Assembly (NCBI GenBank): GCA_964465205.1
Contig: CAYXJO010000002.1
Span: 26,350-90,349, forward strand
Source: an uncultured Gammaproteobacteria bacterium
GTDB taxonomy: Bacteria; Patescibacteriota; Patescibacteriia; Magasanikbacterales; GWA2-37-8
Direction: 5' to 3'
DNA length: 64,000 bases
Position 1 is the first letter of the stretch. The number at the start of each line of letters is the position of its first letter. Positions 1-8,455 of the stretch are shown here, piece by piece. The position numbers and the translations under genes were made by a program. The notes below the pieces were generated by a model. The model did not search any database and had not been told where the DNA came from. It saw nothing but the letters and a program-made list of their open reading frames with translations.

Positions 1-27
1 GGTCGAAGGTGATTCTGGTTTGGGTAT

Positions 28-294
28 TTATTCCATTCTGTCGCAGATGCCGTTGTTATTTGTGTCGATGAAGTTTGCGCCTTTCTGGCCGCAATTGCAA
101 GCCCCTTTGCCTGCTTTGGCGGCACAGCCGGCATTGCCACAATTTTTGGCTTGGCCACAACCGCAGGTGCTATTTTTTGTGATTTCGGTCGATACTGGGG
201 CAGAGGTGTTCGCGGCTTGAGCCAAACTGACGCCTAGTACCGCGACTATGATAGCGGCGGTGATACCGCCCAGGAAATATAAATTTTTAAGCAT
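28..294 (-). CDS. Small secreted Cys/Gly-rich protein (88 aa): N-terminal signal/TM segment followed by a CGCG...NCGNAGC...GACNCG cysteine cluster
   Basis: ORF with a hydrophobic N-terminus (LYFLGGITAAIIVAVLGVSLAQA) and 9 Cys in 45 residues. Last gene of the ECF-sigma operon on the minus strand. No family recognised. Confidence 0.45.
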   Translation of the reverse strand: MLKNLYFLGGITAAIIVAVLGVSLAQAANTSAPVSTEITKNSTCGCGQAKNCGNAGCAAKAGKGACNCGQKGANFIDTNNNGICDRME

Positions 295-364
295 AATATA
301 TTAAATAATGATTTGTGCGCACATGTTCGACCTTGCTATCTAGTATTACGTAATTTGATACAAA

Positions 365-1102
365 TTATTTCAGACGACAATGTTGGGTGCATGACTCGCC
401 GCGATGTTGCATGCAACCGGCACAGCCGCACCAAGGTCTGATGTTGTCGGCGCGGAAGATTTTGCTGTTGTTTAATTCACCCAAGATTTTGATGTCGGCG
501 CCCAAGTTCAAAAATCCTCGGCCGGTAGTAGAGCTAGTGTCTATCTGCCATTTACGCCCCAATAAATCTTCTATAATTATTTGATTGGTGTCTGCCGATA
601 TGATTTCACCGGCCAATAAGCCCCGCTCTGGGTGTGTCCAAATTGCGCGATTTTGGGCTATACGATTGTAATTATCAATGTTATGAGCAAATACTTCTTC
701 GATGTTGTTGCCGATACCTAGATTATAAAATATGGTACCCAAACCGAAAGTTATTACGATGTATACTATGGCTACTATTATTATAGAATAGCGATAGCCT
801 TTTTTGGTATGTCGAAAAAAATAATATCCTAGGATAATTGATGCTCCGAGCAGTATGAACCAGAAATACGGTAATATCAATAAGGCAAATAACGCGCGAT
901 TGTCGCTGAAGCGTGTATATATATCCCAATCTTGATTGGCCAAGACAAAGATAATTACTGCCGCACCCAAAGAGCCGATAATCAAAGCCGTAATCGCTAA
1001 TGTCCATATTCCAATCCGTTTAGCAATTACTGATACTTTTCTGTTTGGGTGGATGTTATTAGTTTCTATTTTGTCCAGTATTTTATTGCTTAAATTCGTC
1101 AT
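365..1102 (-). CDS. Polytopic membrane protein with a C-terminal Cys cluster (CGCAGCMQHRGESCTQHC); putative sensor or anti-sigma partner of the upstream ECF sigma
   Basis: 3-4 predicted TM helices. Start overlaps the sigma-factor stop by 20 nt (translational coupling). Shares a CGC-x-GC motif with the downstream small peptide. Lacks a canonical N-terminal zinc anti-sigma domain. Confidence 0.5.
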   Translation of the reverse strand: MTNLSNKILDKIETNNIHPNRKVSVIAKRIGIWTLAITALIIGSLGAAVIIFVLANQDWDIYTRFSDNRALFALLILPYFWFILLGASIILGYYFFRHTKKGYRYSIIIVAIVYIVITFGLGTIFYNLGIGNNIEEVFAHNIDNYNRIAQNRAIWTHPERGLLAGEIISADTNQIIIEDLLGRKWQIDTSSTTGRGFLNLGADIKILGELNNSKIFRADNIRPWCGCAGCMQHRGESCTQHCRLK

Positions 1103-1661
1103 ATTTTTCTAAAATAATTTTTAGTTTTTTCTTCGCGCGCGATATCAGGGTGCCAACCGTACTGGTAGGGTAGTGCAATATGTCAGAAATTTCTTCGTAA
1201 GTTTTTTCTTCTAGGAAAAATAATTCTAGCGCTTCCTGATATTTTGCGTCCAATTGTTTGAGTCCATATCTAATTTTTTCATAAGTGATTTTTTTGTCCA
1301 GTTCAGTTGGCAGATCGGTCGAACTAACAATTCTTTCAAAAAGAGTGTTATTTTCATCATCAAATATCATTTGTGGTCTAGATTTGGTTTTGCGAAAATG
1401 ATCAAAAGTTTGGTTGCGCACAATGCGGTATGCCCAAGACGAAAATTTTAAAGACGAATCAAATTCGGAAAGATTTTGATAGATTTTTATGAACGCTTCT
1501 TGTAGTATGTCCTTGGCGTCTTCTTTGCTTGCTCCGGATATTCGATAAATATATGTTGAAAATTTATCTTCATAACGTTCGATCATTGTGCCAAAATTAC
1601 GACTGTCCGATAGAGACAGCGCTACTAGTTCCGCATCTGTTTGCCCATGATTAGTTGGCAT
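1083..1661 (-). CDS. ECF-type RNA polymerase sigma-70 family factor
   Basis: Region 2 (ISGASKEDAKDILQEAFIKIY...FSSWAYRIVRNQTFDHFRK) and region 4 HTH (YQEALELFFLEEKTYEEISDILHYPTSTVGTLISRAKKKLK). Size is 192 aa. Confidence 0.8.
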   Translation of the reverse strand: MPTNHGQTDAELVALSLSDSRNFGTMIERYEDKFSTYIYRISGASKEDAKDILQEAFIKIYQNLSEFDSSLKFSSWAYRIVRNQTFDHFRKTKSRPQMIFDDENNTLFERIVSSTDLPTELDKKITYEKIRYGLKQLDAKYQEALELFFLEEKTYEEISDILHYPTSTVGTLISRAKKKLKIILEKYDEFKQ

Positions 1662-1729
1662 ACATATATAATACGAATTTTAATATGATTTTATTGCACT
1701 GGCAAGTACCTGCGCTCATATAATAAAAA

Positions 1730-1752
1730 TCGCTTTTAGTTAGCGATTTTTA
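1730..1752 (-). terminator. Hairpin aatcgct/agcgatt flanked by A-run and T-run (bidirectional terminator downstream of recA)
   Basis: Inverted repeat with flanking poly-A/poly-T, read directly from the sequence. Confidence 0.45.
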
Positions 1753-1772
1753 TTATTGTATTAGTCGATGAT

Positions 1773-2840
1773 TTATTCCTCTTCCGGTGGCGGAACATCG
1801 TCTTCTGTTGCGGCCGATTCTTCCTCGGGATTTTCGCCTTTTTCGGCTGCCGCGATGGTCTCTTTGCGGATGGCGGCCATGAGTTTGGGATTCTGTTTGA
1901 GGAAAGCTTTGGTAGCTTCGCGTCCAGTGCCTAATTTTTCGCCCGCAAAACTGTAAGTGTTGCCTTTTTTGTCGACGATTTTATAGAGCACGCCCGTATC
2001 CAGCAAGTCACCGGCGAGGGAAATACCCTCGTTATACATAATATCAAATTCGGTGGTGCGGAATGGCGGCGCGACTTTATTTTTTACAATTTTAACTTTT
2101 ACGCGATTGCCGATAATTTTATCGCCCATTTTAATTTGCGCGGCGCGGCGGACTTCGACGCGGATAGAAGAGTAGAATTTCAGTGCCATACCGCCGGTGG
2201 TGGTTTCGGGGTTGCCGAAGAACACGCCGATTTTCATGCGGGTCTGGTTGATGAAAATGAGAACTGTTTTGGATTTGGAAATAATGGCGGTGAGTTTGCG
2301 TAATGCTTGTGACATGAGACGCGCTTGAAGCCCCATATGAGAATCACCCATATCACCTTCGATTTCGGCTTTGGGCACAAGAGCGGCTACCGAATCTACT
2401 ACAATTACGTCCACGGCATTGCTGCGGACAAGAGTCTCTACGATGTCGAGAGCTTGTTCACCGGTGTCTGGTTGAGATATCAATAATTCGTCTACTTTTA
2501 CGCCTATCTTTTTGGCGTAGTCAGGATCAAGCGCGTGTTCGGCGTCCACAAATGCGGCGATGCCGCCCAATTTTTGTACTTCGGCGACAATATGTTGAGC
2601 CAAAGTGGTCTTGCCAGATGCCTCCGGTCCATATACTTCAATCACGCGACCGCGCGGTACGCCACCCACGCCCAAAGCAATATCCAAAGACAAACATCCG
2701 GTAGGAACGGACTCTACTTGCATGCGATGTCCTTCGCCAAATGTCATAATGGCGCCATCGCCAAATTTTTCTTTAATTTGCTCAATAGCTGATTCTGCAG
2801 CTTTGAGCTTCTGTTTTACCTCCTCGGATTGTTTGGCCAT
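1773..2840 (-). CDS. recA: Recombinase RecA
   Basis: [32 protein letters not shown]...Walker [15 protein letters not shown]1/L2 loops and acidic C-tail. The tracked ORF (1773..3059) extends upstream, but homology begins at the ATG at 2838-2840. TTGCCA-N17-TATAAT lies upstream on the minus strand. Confidence 0.93.
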   Translation of the reverse strand: MAKQSEEVKQKLKAAESAIEQIKEKFGDGAIMTFGEGHRMQVESVPTGCLSLDIALGVGGVPRGRVIEVYGPEASGKTTLAQHIVAEVQKLGGIAAFVDAEHALDPDYAKKIGVKVDELLISQPDTGEQALDIVETLVRSNAVDVIVVDSVAALVPKAEIEGDMGDSHMGLQARLMSQALRKLTAIISKSKTVLIFINQTRMKIGVFFGNPETTTGGMALKFYSSIRVEVRRAAQIKMGDKIIGNRVKVKIVKNKVAPPFRTTEFDIMYNEGISLAGDLLDTGVLYKIVDKKGNTYSFAGEKLGTGREATKAFLKQNPKLMAAIRKETIAAAEKGENPEEESAATEDDVPPPEEE

Positions 2841-2924
2841 AGAAGTGTATATAAATAGTTTTTTAAGCAGGGGTATTATAATGAAAGGGTAAAAAAATGG
2901 CAATAGGGTTTTTGAAATAAAAAA

Positions 2925-2945
2925 GCGCCCCGGGCGCAGATCAGT
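2925..2945 (-). terminator. GC hairpin (gcgccc/gggcgc) followed by a T-run on the minus strand; terminator of the 2992..3504 gene
   Basis: aaaaaagcgccccgggcgc on plus strand = hairpin + UUUUUU on minus. Confidence 0.5.
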
Positions 2946-2991
2946 GTGGTGGTGCACTGCTGCGCGCCGGAGCGAGATAGGGTGTTCCTCC

Positions 2992-3504
2992 TTAGGTTTC
3001 ATGTTGAGCCTCCTGTTCATAGGCCACGGGATAGGTGGCGCCGGAAAACTTGACGCCAATTATCTGGGCTTTGGGGAGATTTTTGGAGATGGCTTGCGCC
3101 ACCCGCCAAATGTGAAACATTTGGCATGAGTGCAACAAGACCACTAAGGTGTCGTACTCTACCCACTCATCCATCGAGAGAATTGACGTGATGAGGGGTT
3201 GATTCAGAGACCTTGACGGAATGTTGGGCAATGGGGAATCAATACGATCTATTCTGGCATCCCCCATTTTTTTCATTCCCGCCGCCTCACACAGGATGTC
3301 CGCCAGTAGCGCAAGGTTCATTGTGTGTGTTTTGGCCAGTACGACCAGTCGCAAATCATGGGTATCGACCCATTTCAATCGCGGTACCAGTCGTTTCAGT
3401 CTAGGGACAATCCCTAGCCAAAAGACACAAACGAATAGCGCCAACACCGCCAGCTTGATAGTGGCGTAGGCGGACATCGTTCGAGTCACAATTTTTGTGA
3501 CCAT
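2992..3504 (-). CDS. Hypothetical single-TM membrane protein in a locally GC-elevated cassette
   Basis: ORF with own SD (aaggaggtga) and own terminator. N-terminal TM segment ([16 protein letters not shown]). GC visibly higher than neighbours. No family recognised. Confidence 0.4.
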   Translation of the reverse strand: MVTKIVTRTMSAYATIKLAVLALFVCVFWLGIVPRLKRLVPRLKWVDTHDLRLVVLAKTHTMNLALLADILCEAAGMKKMGDARIDRIDSPLPNIPSRSLNQPLITSILSMDEWVEYDTLVVLLHSCQMFHIWRVAQAISKNLPKAQIIGVKFSGATYPVAYEQEAQHET

Positions 3505-3706
3505 GACAGTCACCTCCTTTGCTCTCGCCGCGGGCGAGTACGTGGGTTGCTGAGATTGAAAGAGCCGATTTGGTATTAAAAAACCACCAACCAGAAGCCC
3601 AATTGACCCATCATCGTACTGTGCCTGTTTTTACGGTTGGCGGTACGACGGTAAGAATTGTGATTCCAATTCGTGGTTTTACCCCGGCAGCCTATGCCCC
3701 GGAAAT

Positions 3707-4405
3707 CTAGTTATTTGGTGTAATATCGAGTTGAGAATCCAACCATTTCGCCACTACGTGGCGAGTGATGGTGGTAGTTTTGCCATGTTTTTTTGCAGAA
3801 GCAATTATAATTGAATTTACTCCATTTGTCAAGTCGATATTGGTAGAAAATTGGCCTTGTTCGTTTGCCATCACTGCTTGGCCGTTGATATTTATCTTAC
3901 ATTCTTTGTCGGTTTCTCCCTGGACGAGCACACGCATGTTGCTGGTAATAAAGCCTTCAAGCGGCGTGTACACAATTAGTTTGGGTGGCTCGATGATGCC
4001 TTTGATTTGCCACACCAAATACCCAACAAATAATAAAATCAGCACCACCACCGTAATGTTGCGTGCGATGAATGAAAATGACATGAACGGGAAGAATTTG
4101 ATATGTCGATGGGGATGGGTGTTTTTGATATCACCTAGACCGTCTTCGCGCGTGAATTGATAGATTACAGTCTTTGGATTCAGACCAACCGCTCGGGCGT
4201 ATTCGCGTAAATAGGCGATGCGATAAACATTCGCTTTGGGAAGTTGGTCGAATGCGCAATTTTCAATTGCCTCCAAATATTTTTGGGGGATATGAGTTTT
4301 GGTTTCCAATTCCGCTAGGCTCAAACCTAAATCCTCGCGAGTTTTTTTTAAACGCGTACAGACTCGGACGGGGGGATCGAGTTTTTTTTGGCAGAAGACT
4401 GACAT
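3707..4405 (-). CDS. RodZ-like cytoskeleton protein: N-terminal XRE-type HTH, single TM, C-terminal extracytoplasmic domain
   Basis: HTH LGLSLAELETKTHIPQKYLEAIE, followed by the AYLREYARAVGL motif, TM ITVVVLILLFVGYLVW and a ~90-aa C-domain. Lies next to ftsK. Confidence 0.6.
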   Translation of the reverse strand: MSVFCQKKLDPPVRVCTRLKKTREDLGLSLAELETKTHIPQKYLEAIENCAFDQLPKANVYRIAYLREYARAVGLNPKTVIYQFTREDGLGDIKNTHPHRHIKFFPFMSFSFIARNITVVVLILLFVGYLVWQIKGIIEPPKLIVYTPLEGFITSNMRVLVQGETDKECKININGQAVMANEQGQFSTNIDLTNGVNSIIIASAKKHGKTTTITRHVVAKWLDSQLDITPNN

Positions 4406-4413
4406 GTTGCAAA

Positions 4414-6744
4414 TTATTGATGATCGGATTCTGACTCTGCGTTAGTGTTTGGTTCATCCAAAATTGTGCCGCCAGCATCCATAGTCTGTTCGTCGTCGGG
4501 TATTTCGGCTTCGGGTGAGGGCATGAGATGGTCGGTAAATACTTCGCGCGGTTTGGCACCATCCGCTGGTCCTACGATACCAGCTTCCTCCAGTTCGTCA
4601 AGTACACGTGCGGCGCGAGCGTATCCTAATTTAAGACGGCGTTGCAACAGTGACGCGCTGGCTTTGCCAGATTCGATGACAATGCGTTTGGCTTCTTCGA
4701 ACATTGGGTCTTGGTCGTCGCTGGGACCACCAAATAGATTCATGGTTCCGCCGGCGGATTGTTTGGAAACAATGCTTTCGTTATAAGCCGGCGGTTCGTC
4801 GCCGCGAATTGCTTCTACCACGTGCTTCATTTCTTCTTCGGAAACAAATGCACCTTGGATACGTTTGGGTTTGGATAATTCGGCAGTGAGGAATAACATG
4901 TCACCACGACCCAAAAGTTTCTCGGCGCCCGGACAATCCAAAATAGTACGCGAATCAATAAGTGAAGCAACTGAAAACGCTATGCGCGCCGGAATGTTGG
5001 CTTTCATGAGACCGGTGATGACTTCCACGCTCGGACGTTGGGTGGCCACAATCAGGTGGATACCAACCGCGCGGGCCATCTGGGCGATACGAATGATGCC
5101 GGCTTCTACTTCGGCGCCAGCTAGAGCCATCAGGTCAGCGAGTTCGTCTACCACAAATACGATATAGGGTAATTTTTCTTCCGCGGTTTTATTGTATGAG
5201 CCAATATCGCGTTTGCCGGCTTTGGCCAAAACATCGAAGCGACGTTCCATTTCGCCAATTGTCCATTTGAGTGCGTTGACGGTTTTGGCGGCATCGGTGA
5301 TAACCGGTGTGAGTAGGTGGGGAATGCCATTGTATAGTGTGAGTTCGACACGTTTGGGATCGACCATGATAAAGCGTAGGGTCTCTGGTGAATTTTGAAA
5401 TAATAAACTTAAAATAATAGTGTTGACACAAACAGTTTTGCCAGATCCAGTCGCGCCGGCGATAAGCAGATGGGGCATGCGCGGCAGATCGGCGAACCAA
5501 ACTTTGCCGGCGACATCTTTGCCCAGGGCCACCATCATGCCGTGGTTGCGATTTTTGAATTCTGGTGTTTCGAGTAGTTCGCGCAAAGTGACCATGGCTA
5601 CTTTTTGGTTGGGCACCTCAATGCCGACAAGTGATTGCCCGGGAATCGGTGCTTCGATACGAATCGGATGAGCGGCCAGTCGGAGAGCCAAATCATTTGA
5701 CAAAGTGGTGATACGAGTAAGCTTTACATTTTTGGCCGGCTTCATTGAGTATTGGGTAATAGTTGGTCCGACACGCACCTCACCCATGTCCACTTCAATG
5801 CCAAAATTCTGGAAAGTGTCCTTGATTGTTTCGGCGTTGGCTTTGATGTCGCCCGAAGTGGGTTTGCTTTTGGTGCTGAATAACAAATCAAGTGACGGCA
5901 ATTTGAAATTGGTATAATCCGGACGTTCGACTGCGATTTCCTCGGTTTCCGGTGTTTTTTCTTCGGTCGGCGCTTCTTCGGCTTTTTTGGCCAGAGCGCG
6001 TTGTGAGAACAGACGTTTTTCAGTTTCTTCCTCAGTTTCTTCTTCGGCTGCTTCCTCGTATTCTTCATCATCTTCTTCCGCTTGATCATCATCGGTTTGA
6101 ACAGGTGATTTTTCGTACGCGCCTTTGATACTGAATTTAACTTTTTCTTTGTTTTCCTTTTTGAAAAGAGCAAAGAACTCCACAATATTTCTGCCGCACC
6201 AACCGAGCATCAAGAAGAATTTTTTATTTAGCTCTACCAACTGTGCTAGCGATGTATTGAATAGGAATATAACTGATACCAGTAGTAAACAAATAAGAAT
6301 TAACGCGCCGGCTAGTACACTGACATACTTGGCAAGTGGCCACGCCAATGCCACACCGGCAAACCCACCACCATAACCCTGTGTGGCCACATCAATCATG
6401 TGATCGACCGGGGTGCGTAGATGCATGAGCCCGTTGAAAGATAGAAAAAATAAAATTGCGCCAATAAGATGAGTGGGTTTGTAGCGATACTCCATGTCTT
6501 TGATCATGAGAGTGGCGATGACAATGAGAATAATAGGGAAGACATAGCGCACTTGACCAAAGATGATAGCGAGTAGTGAATCGATAAATTCACCCGCGAC
6601 ACCGGCCATGCGAAAAAAACTAAGAGCGGATAGTCCGGCGACTAGAAATAACAAAATTGCCAGCAAACCTTTATTGATTTCTGGATCTAGATTAAGACTA
6701 GGTGGCGCGCTGCGGCGTGAATACTGGTAATAGCGACGAGACAT
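4414..6744 (-). CDS. ftsK: DNA translocase FtsK/SpoIIIE
   Basis: N-terminal 4-TM domain, acidic linker, motor with Walker A GATGSGKTVCVN, and C-terminal gamma winged helix (LLQRRLKLGYARAARVLDELE). Start set at MSRRYY (6744) because a TATAAT sits just upstream on the minus strand; an alternative start at 6771 is possible. Confidence 0.9.
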   Translation of the reverse strand: MSRRYYQYSRRSAPPSLNLDPEINKGLLAILLFLVAGLSALSFFRMAGVAGEFIDSLLAIIFGQVRYVFPIILIVIATLMIKDMEYRYKPTHLIGAILFFLSFNGLMHLRTPVDHMIDVATQGYGGGFAGVALAWPLAKYVSVLAGALILICLLLVSVIFLFNTSLAQLVELNKKFFLMLGWCGRNIVEFFALFKKENKEKVKFSIKGAYEKSPVQTDDDQAEEDDEEYEEAAEEETEEETEKRLFSQRALAKKAEEAPTEEKTPETEEIAVERPDYTNFKLPSLDLLFSTKSKPTSGDIKANAETIKDTFQNFGIEVDMGEVRVGPTITQYSMKPAKNVKLTRITTLSNDLALRLAAHPIRIEAPIPGQSLVGIEVPNQKVAMVTLRELLETPEFKNRNHGMMVALGKDVAGKVWFADLPRMPHLLIAGATGSGKTVCVNTIILSLLFQNSPETLRFIMVDPKRVELTLYNGIPHLLTPVITDAAKTVNALKWTIGEMERRFDVLAKAGKRDIGSYNKTAEEKLPYIVFVVDELADLMALAGAEVEAGIIRIAQMARAVGIHLIVATQRPSVEVITGLMKANIPARIAFSVASLIDSRTILDCPGAEKLLGRGDMLFLTAELSKPKRIQGAFVSEEEMKHVVEAIRGDEPPAYNESIVSKQSAGGTMNLFGGPSDDQDPMFEEAKRIVIESGKASASLLQRRLKLGYARAARVLDELEEAGIVGPADGAKPREVFTDHLMPSPEAEIPDDEQTMDAGGTILDEPNTNAESESDHQ

Positions 6745-7077
6745 AATTTGTATGTGAGTATTATACCACAAGCCAGTTTTTTGTTACAGAAAAATATGTG
6801 GATAAACAAAAAATTCTCCCCATCGCGCTGCGAAAGGAGTTGCATGTTTTAGCTTACGAGTCGAAGATGAAAACGTCCTCGATAGCCCGAAGGTTAAAGA
6901 GGGAGAGAGATTGTTTTTAAATTCGATTCGGTTGAGACATCAACTCCACCGCAGCGCATTGGAGAGAAGAATGTTGCACTTTTTAGGTGCAACCAGGTGC
7001 GCATTTATCCTCATAGTATAAATTGTTGTATATGTTTGTCAAGAAAGTTGCTTGGGGATAATTTTTGAGTAATAAAA

Positions 7078-7130
7078 AAGCCCCGAGCACGCTAGCGTTT
7101 TGTGCTATTGTGCTGCGGGGCGAGGGTGGT
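7078..7130 (-). terminator. Rho-independent terminator (GCCCCGCAGCAC...GTGCTCGGGGC + UUUUU on minus strand)
   Basis: Long GC stem with T-run directly 3' of the 7146..7823 gene. Confidence 0.6.
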
Positions 7131-7145
7131 AGAGCGTTTGGCGCT

Positions 7146-7823
7146 CTATTGTTTGTAGAAACGTTTCACCTTGTCGCGGTCGTCTTTGCGACGCATCCAC
7201 CAGTACCATGTCTGGTAAGTGGGCGCGACGATCAGAGCGGTGATGGGTACGAGCGCGACCAGTAGCCCAATCACGACCATGTGTTGGGCGAAGATCGTGG
7301 GCTCGTTGGCGAGGTAGGAGGCCAAGTAAGCGAAGCCGATCGAGATGGCGACGCCCATGATGTAGTCCATCGGGATCCGCCAGATCCAAATAGACTTGTT
7401 GTGCCACCAGATGAAACTTTTGTGGAAGTTCGAAATCCCGTAGTGCGGATTCAAAACGAACCACAGAAAGTCCCAGTAGGGACAGACCACGAAATAGGCC
7501 GCGAGGGCCAAGGCTTCGTTGGTCAGGGTCCATGGGATGCCGGCAACCAGCTGCTCTTCGTGTCCGACGTTCATTATAAATGGCATGACGAACGGCAGGT
7601 GGAAGATGAAAAGCGGCAAGCAGAACATGAATGTGTGATACCCCGTGAGGGGTTTGCCGCTCATGATCGCGCCGTACAGCCGTGCCGCGGGTCCGGTGGT
7701 GCGGTACCAGGTGGGCGCGTTGTCGGCCCACCCGAACTTCCCTTCGGACTCCACTTCGACTGCGGCCATGACGACCGCGAGACCATACCAGAACAGGGCT
7801 TGTGTGAGCATTGTGTCCTCCAT
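7146..7823 (-). CDS. Hypothetical Trp/aromatic-rich polytopic membrane protein in a ~58% GC islet
   Basis: 225-aa ORF with multiple hydrophobic helices and WYWW/IWIWRIP motifs. The islet 7080-7830 is strongly GC-rich relative to ~40-45% flanks. Overlapping ORFs in other frames are judged artefacts of the high GC. Start could also be the second Met (MLTQ). Confidence 0.45.
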   Translation of the reverse strand: MEDTMLTQALFWYGLAVVMAAVEVESEGKFGWADNAPTWYRTTGPAARLYGAIMSGKPLTGYHTFMFCLPLFIFHLPFVMPFIMNVGHEEQLVAGIPWTLTNEALALAAYFVVCPYWDFLWFVLNPHYGISNFHKSFIWWHNKSIWIWRIPMDYIMGVAISIGFAYLASYLANEPTIFAQHMVVIGLLVALVPITALIVAPTYQTWYWWMRRKDDRDKVKRFYKQ

Positions 7824-8034
7824 TTCAGCTCAAGTTAGTGTGCTAACATTACAGCCGCGACTTTTAAATATAGCACATTTTGGCACTTTTGTCAATGGTT
7901 TATACAATATATTGATTCTAAAAGTCGTCTGCTGTGGATAACTTGTGTACGACCGGATTGGTATGAAATTTATTTTGGCTAAAATAAGCCAAAAAGGTAA
8001 AAAAACTTGACAAACACTTATCCCCATGTTCAAT

Positions 8035-8063
8035 TTGACAAAACATCAAATATATAGTAATAT
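8035..8063 (+). promoter_or_regulatory. Sigma70-like promoter TTGACA-N17-TAATAT about 390 nt upstream of rpoB
   Basis: Exact -35 and near-consensus -10 with 17-nt spacer, read from the sequence. Confidence 0.4.
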
Positions 8064-8330
8064 GAAGCTACTTTGAAAACTTCTTACCCAAGTTTTTACC
8101 AAATTAGGCTAATATTAGCCAAGACGTGCGGCAAATCGCCCAAGTGTCTTCTAGCTGCATGCAAGGTACGTAAAAATTATTTCATGTCAACCTTGCTTTT
8201 TTTCGCTAAATTATAATAAAAATTGATTTCCACTTTCCAAAAAGCGGAAATTTTTTGTTGTCAGCTTTTTAAAAATTCAGGAAATTTTTTATCAAGTTTT
8301 AAAATTGATAATTAGATATTTTTAGCGAGG

Positions 8331-8399
8331 ATAGTAGATATGTATTTTACGTGCCCTTCGACCGTAGGGAGCTTGGGCACTAAAATACATATCTACTAT
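8331..8399 (+). promoter_or_regulatory. Long near-perfect inverted repeat (25-bp arms, 18-nt loop) in the rpoB 5' leader; candidate RNase III processing or attenuator hairpin
   Basis: atagtagatatgtattttacgtgccc ... gggcactaaaatacatatctactat, located 57 nt upstream of the rpoB ATG. Confidence 0.45.
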
Positions 8400-8455
8400 C
8401 CAAGTGAAATAATTAGTTATTAATTTTAAAAATAAAAATAAATAAAAAATTTCCT

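Noticed and set aside
20-220. 66-aa plus-strand ORF at the window start
   Set aside because: It overlaps the better-supported minus-strand Cys/Gly-rich secreted ORF, and its translation is a low-complexity reading of the same GC-rich Cys-codon tract.
5742-6185. 147-aa Lys-rich ORF antisense inside ftsK
   Set aside because: It is the mirror image of the Glu-rich FtsK linker (GAA/GAG repeats read as TTC/CTT), with no independent signals.
6772-7077. ~300-nt non-coding gap upstream of ftsK, checked for tmRNA, RNase P RNA, SRP RNA or 6S RNA
   Set aside because: No conserved motifs were recognisable by eye (tmRNA tag/CCA-proximal T-arm, RNase P P4, SRP domain IV). This cannot be excluded without covariance-model searches.
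7105-7838. Long ORFs 7105..7731 (-) and 7281..7838 (+) overlapping the 7146..7823 gene
   Set aside because: They lie in a ~58% GC islet where stop codons are rare in all frames. They have Arg/Pro/Gly-rich low-complexity translations and no start context. They are treated as artefacts of the membrane-protein gene.
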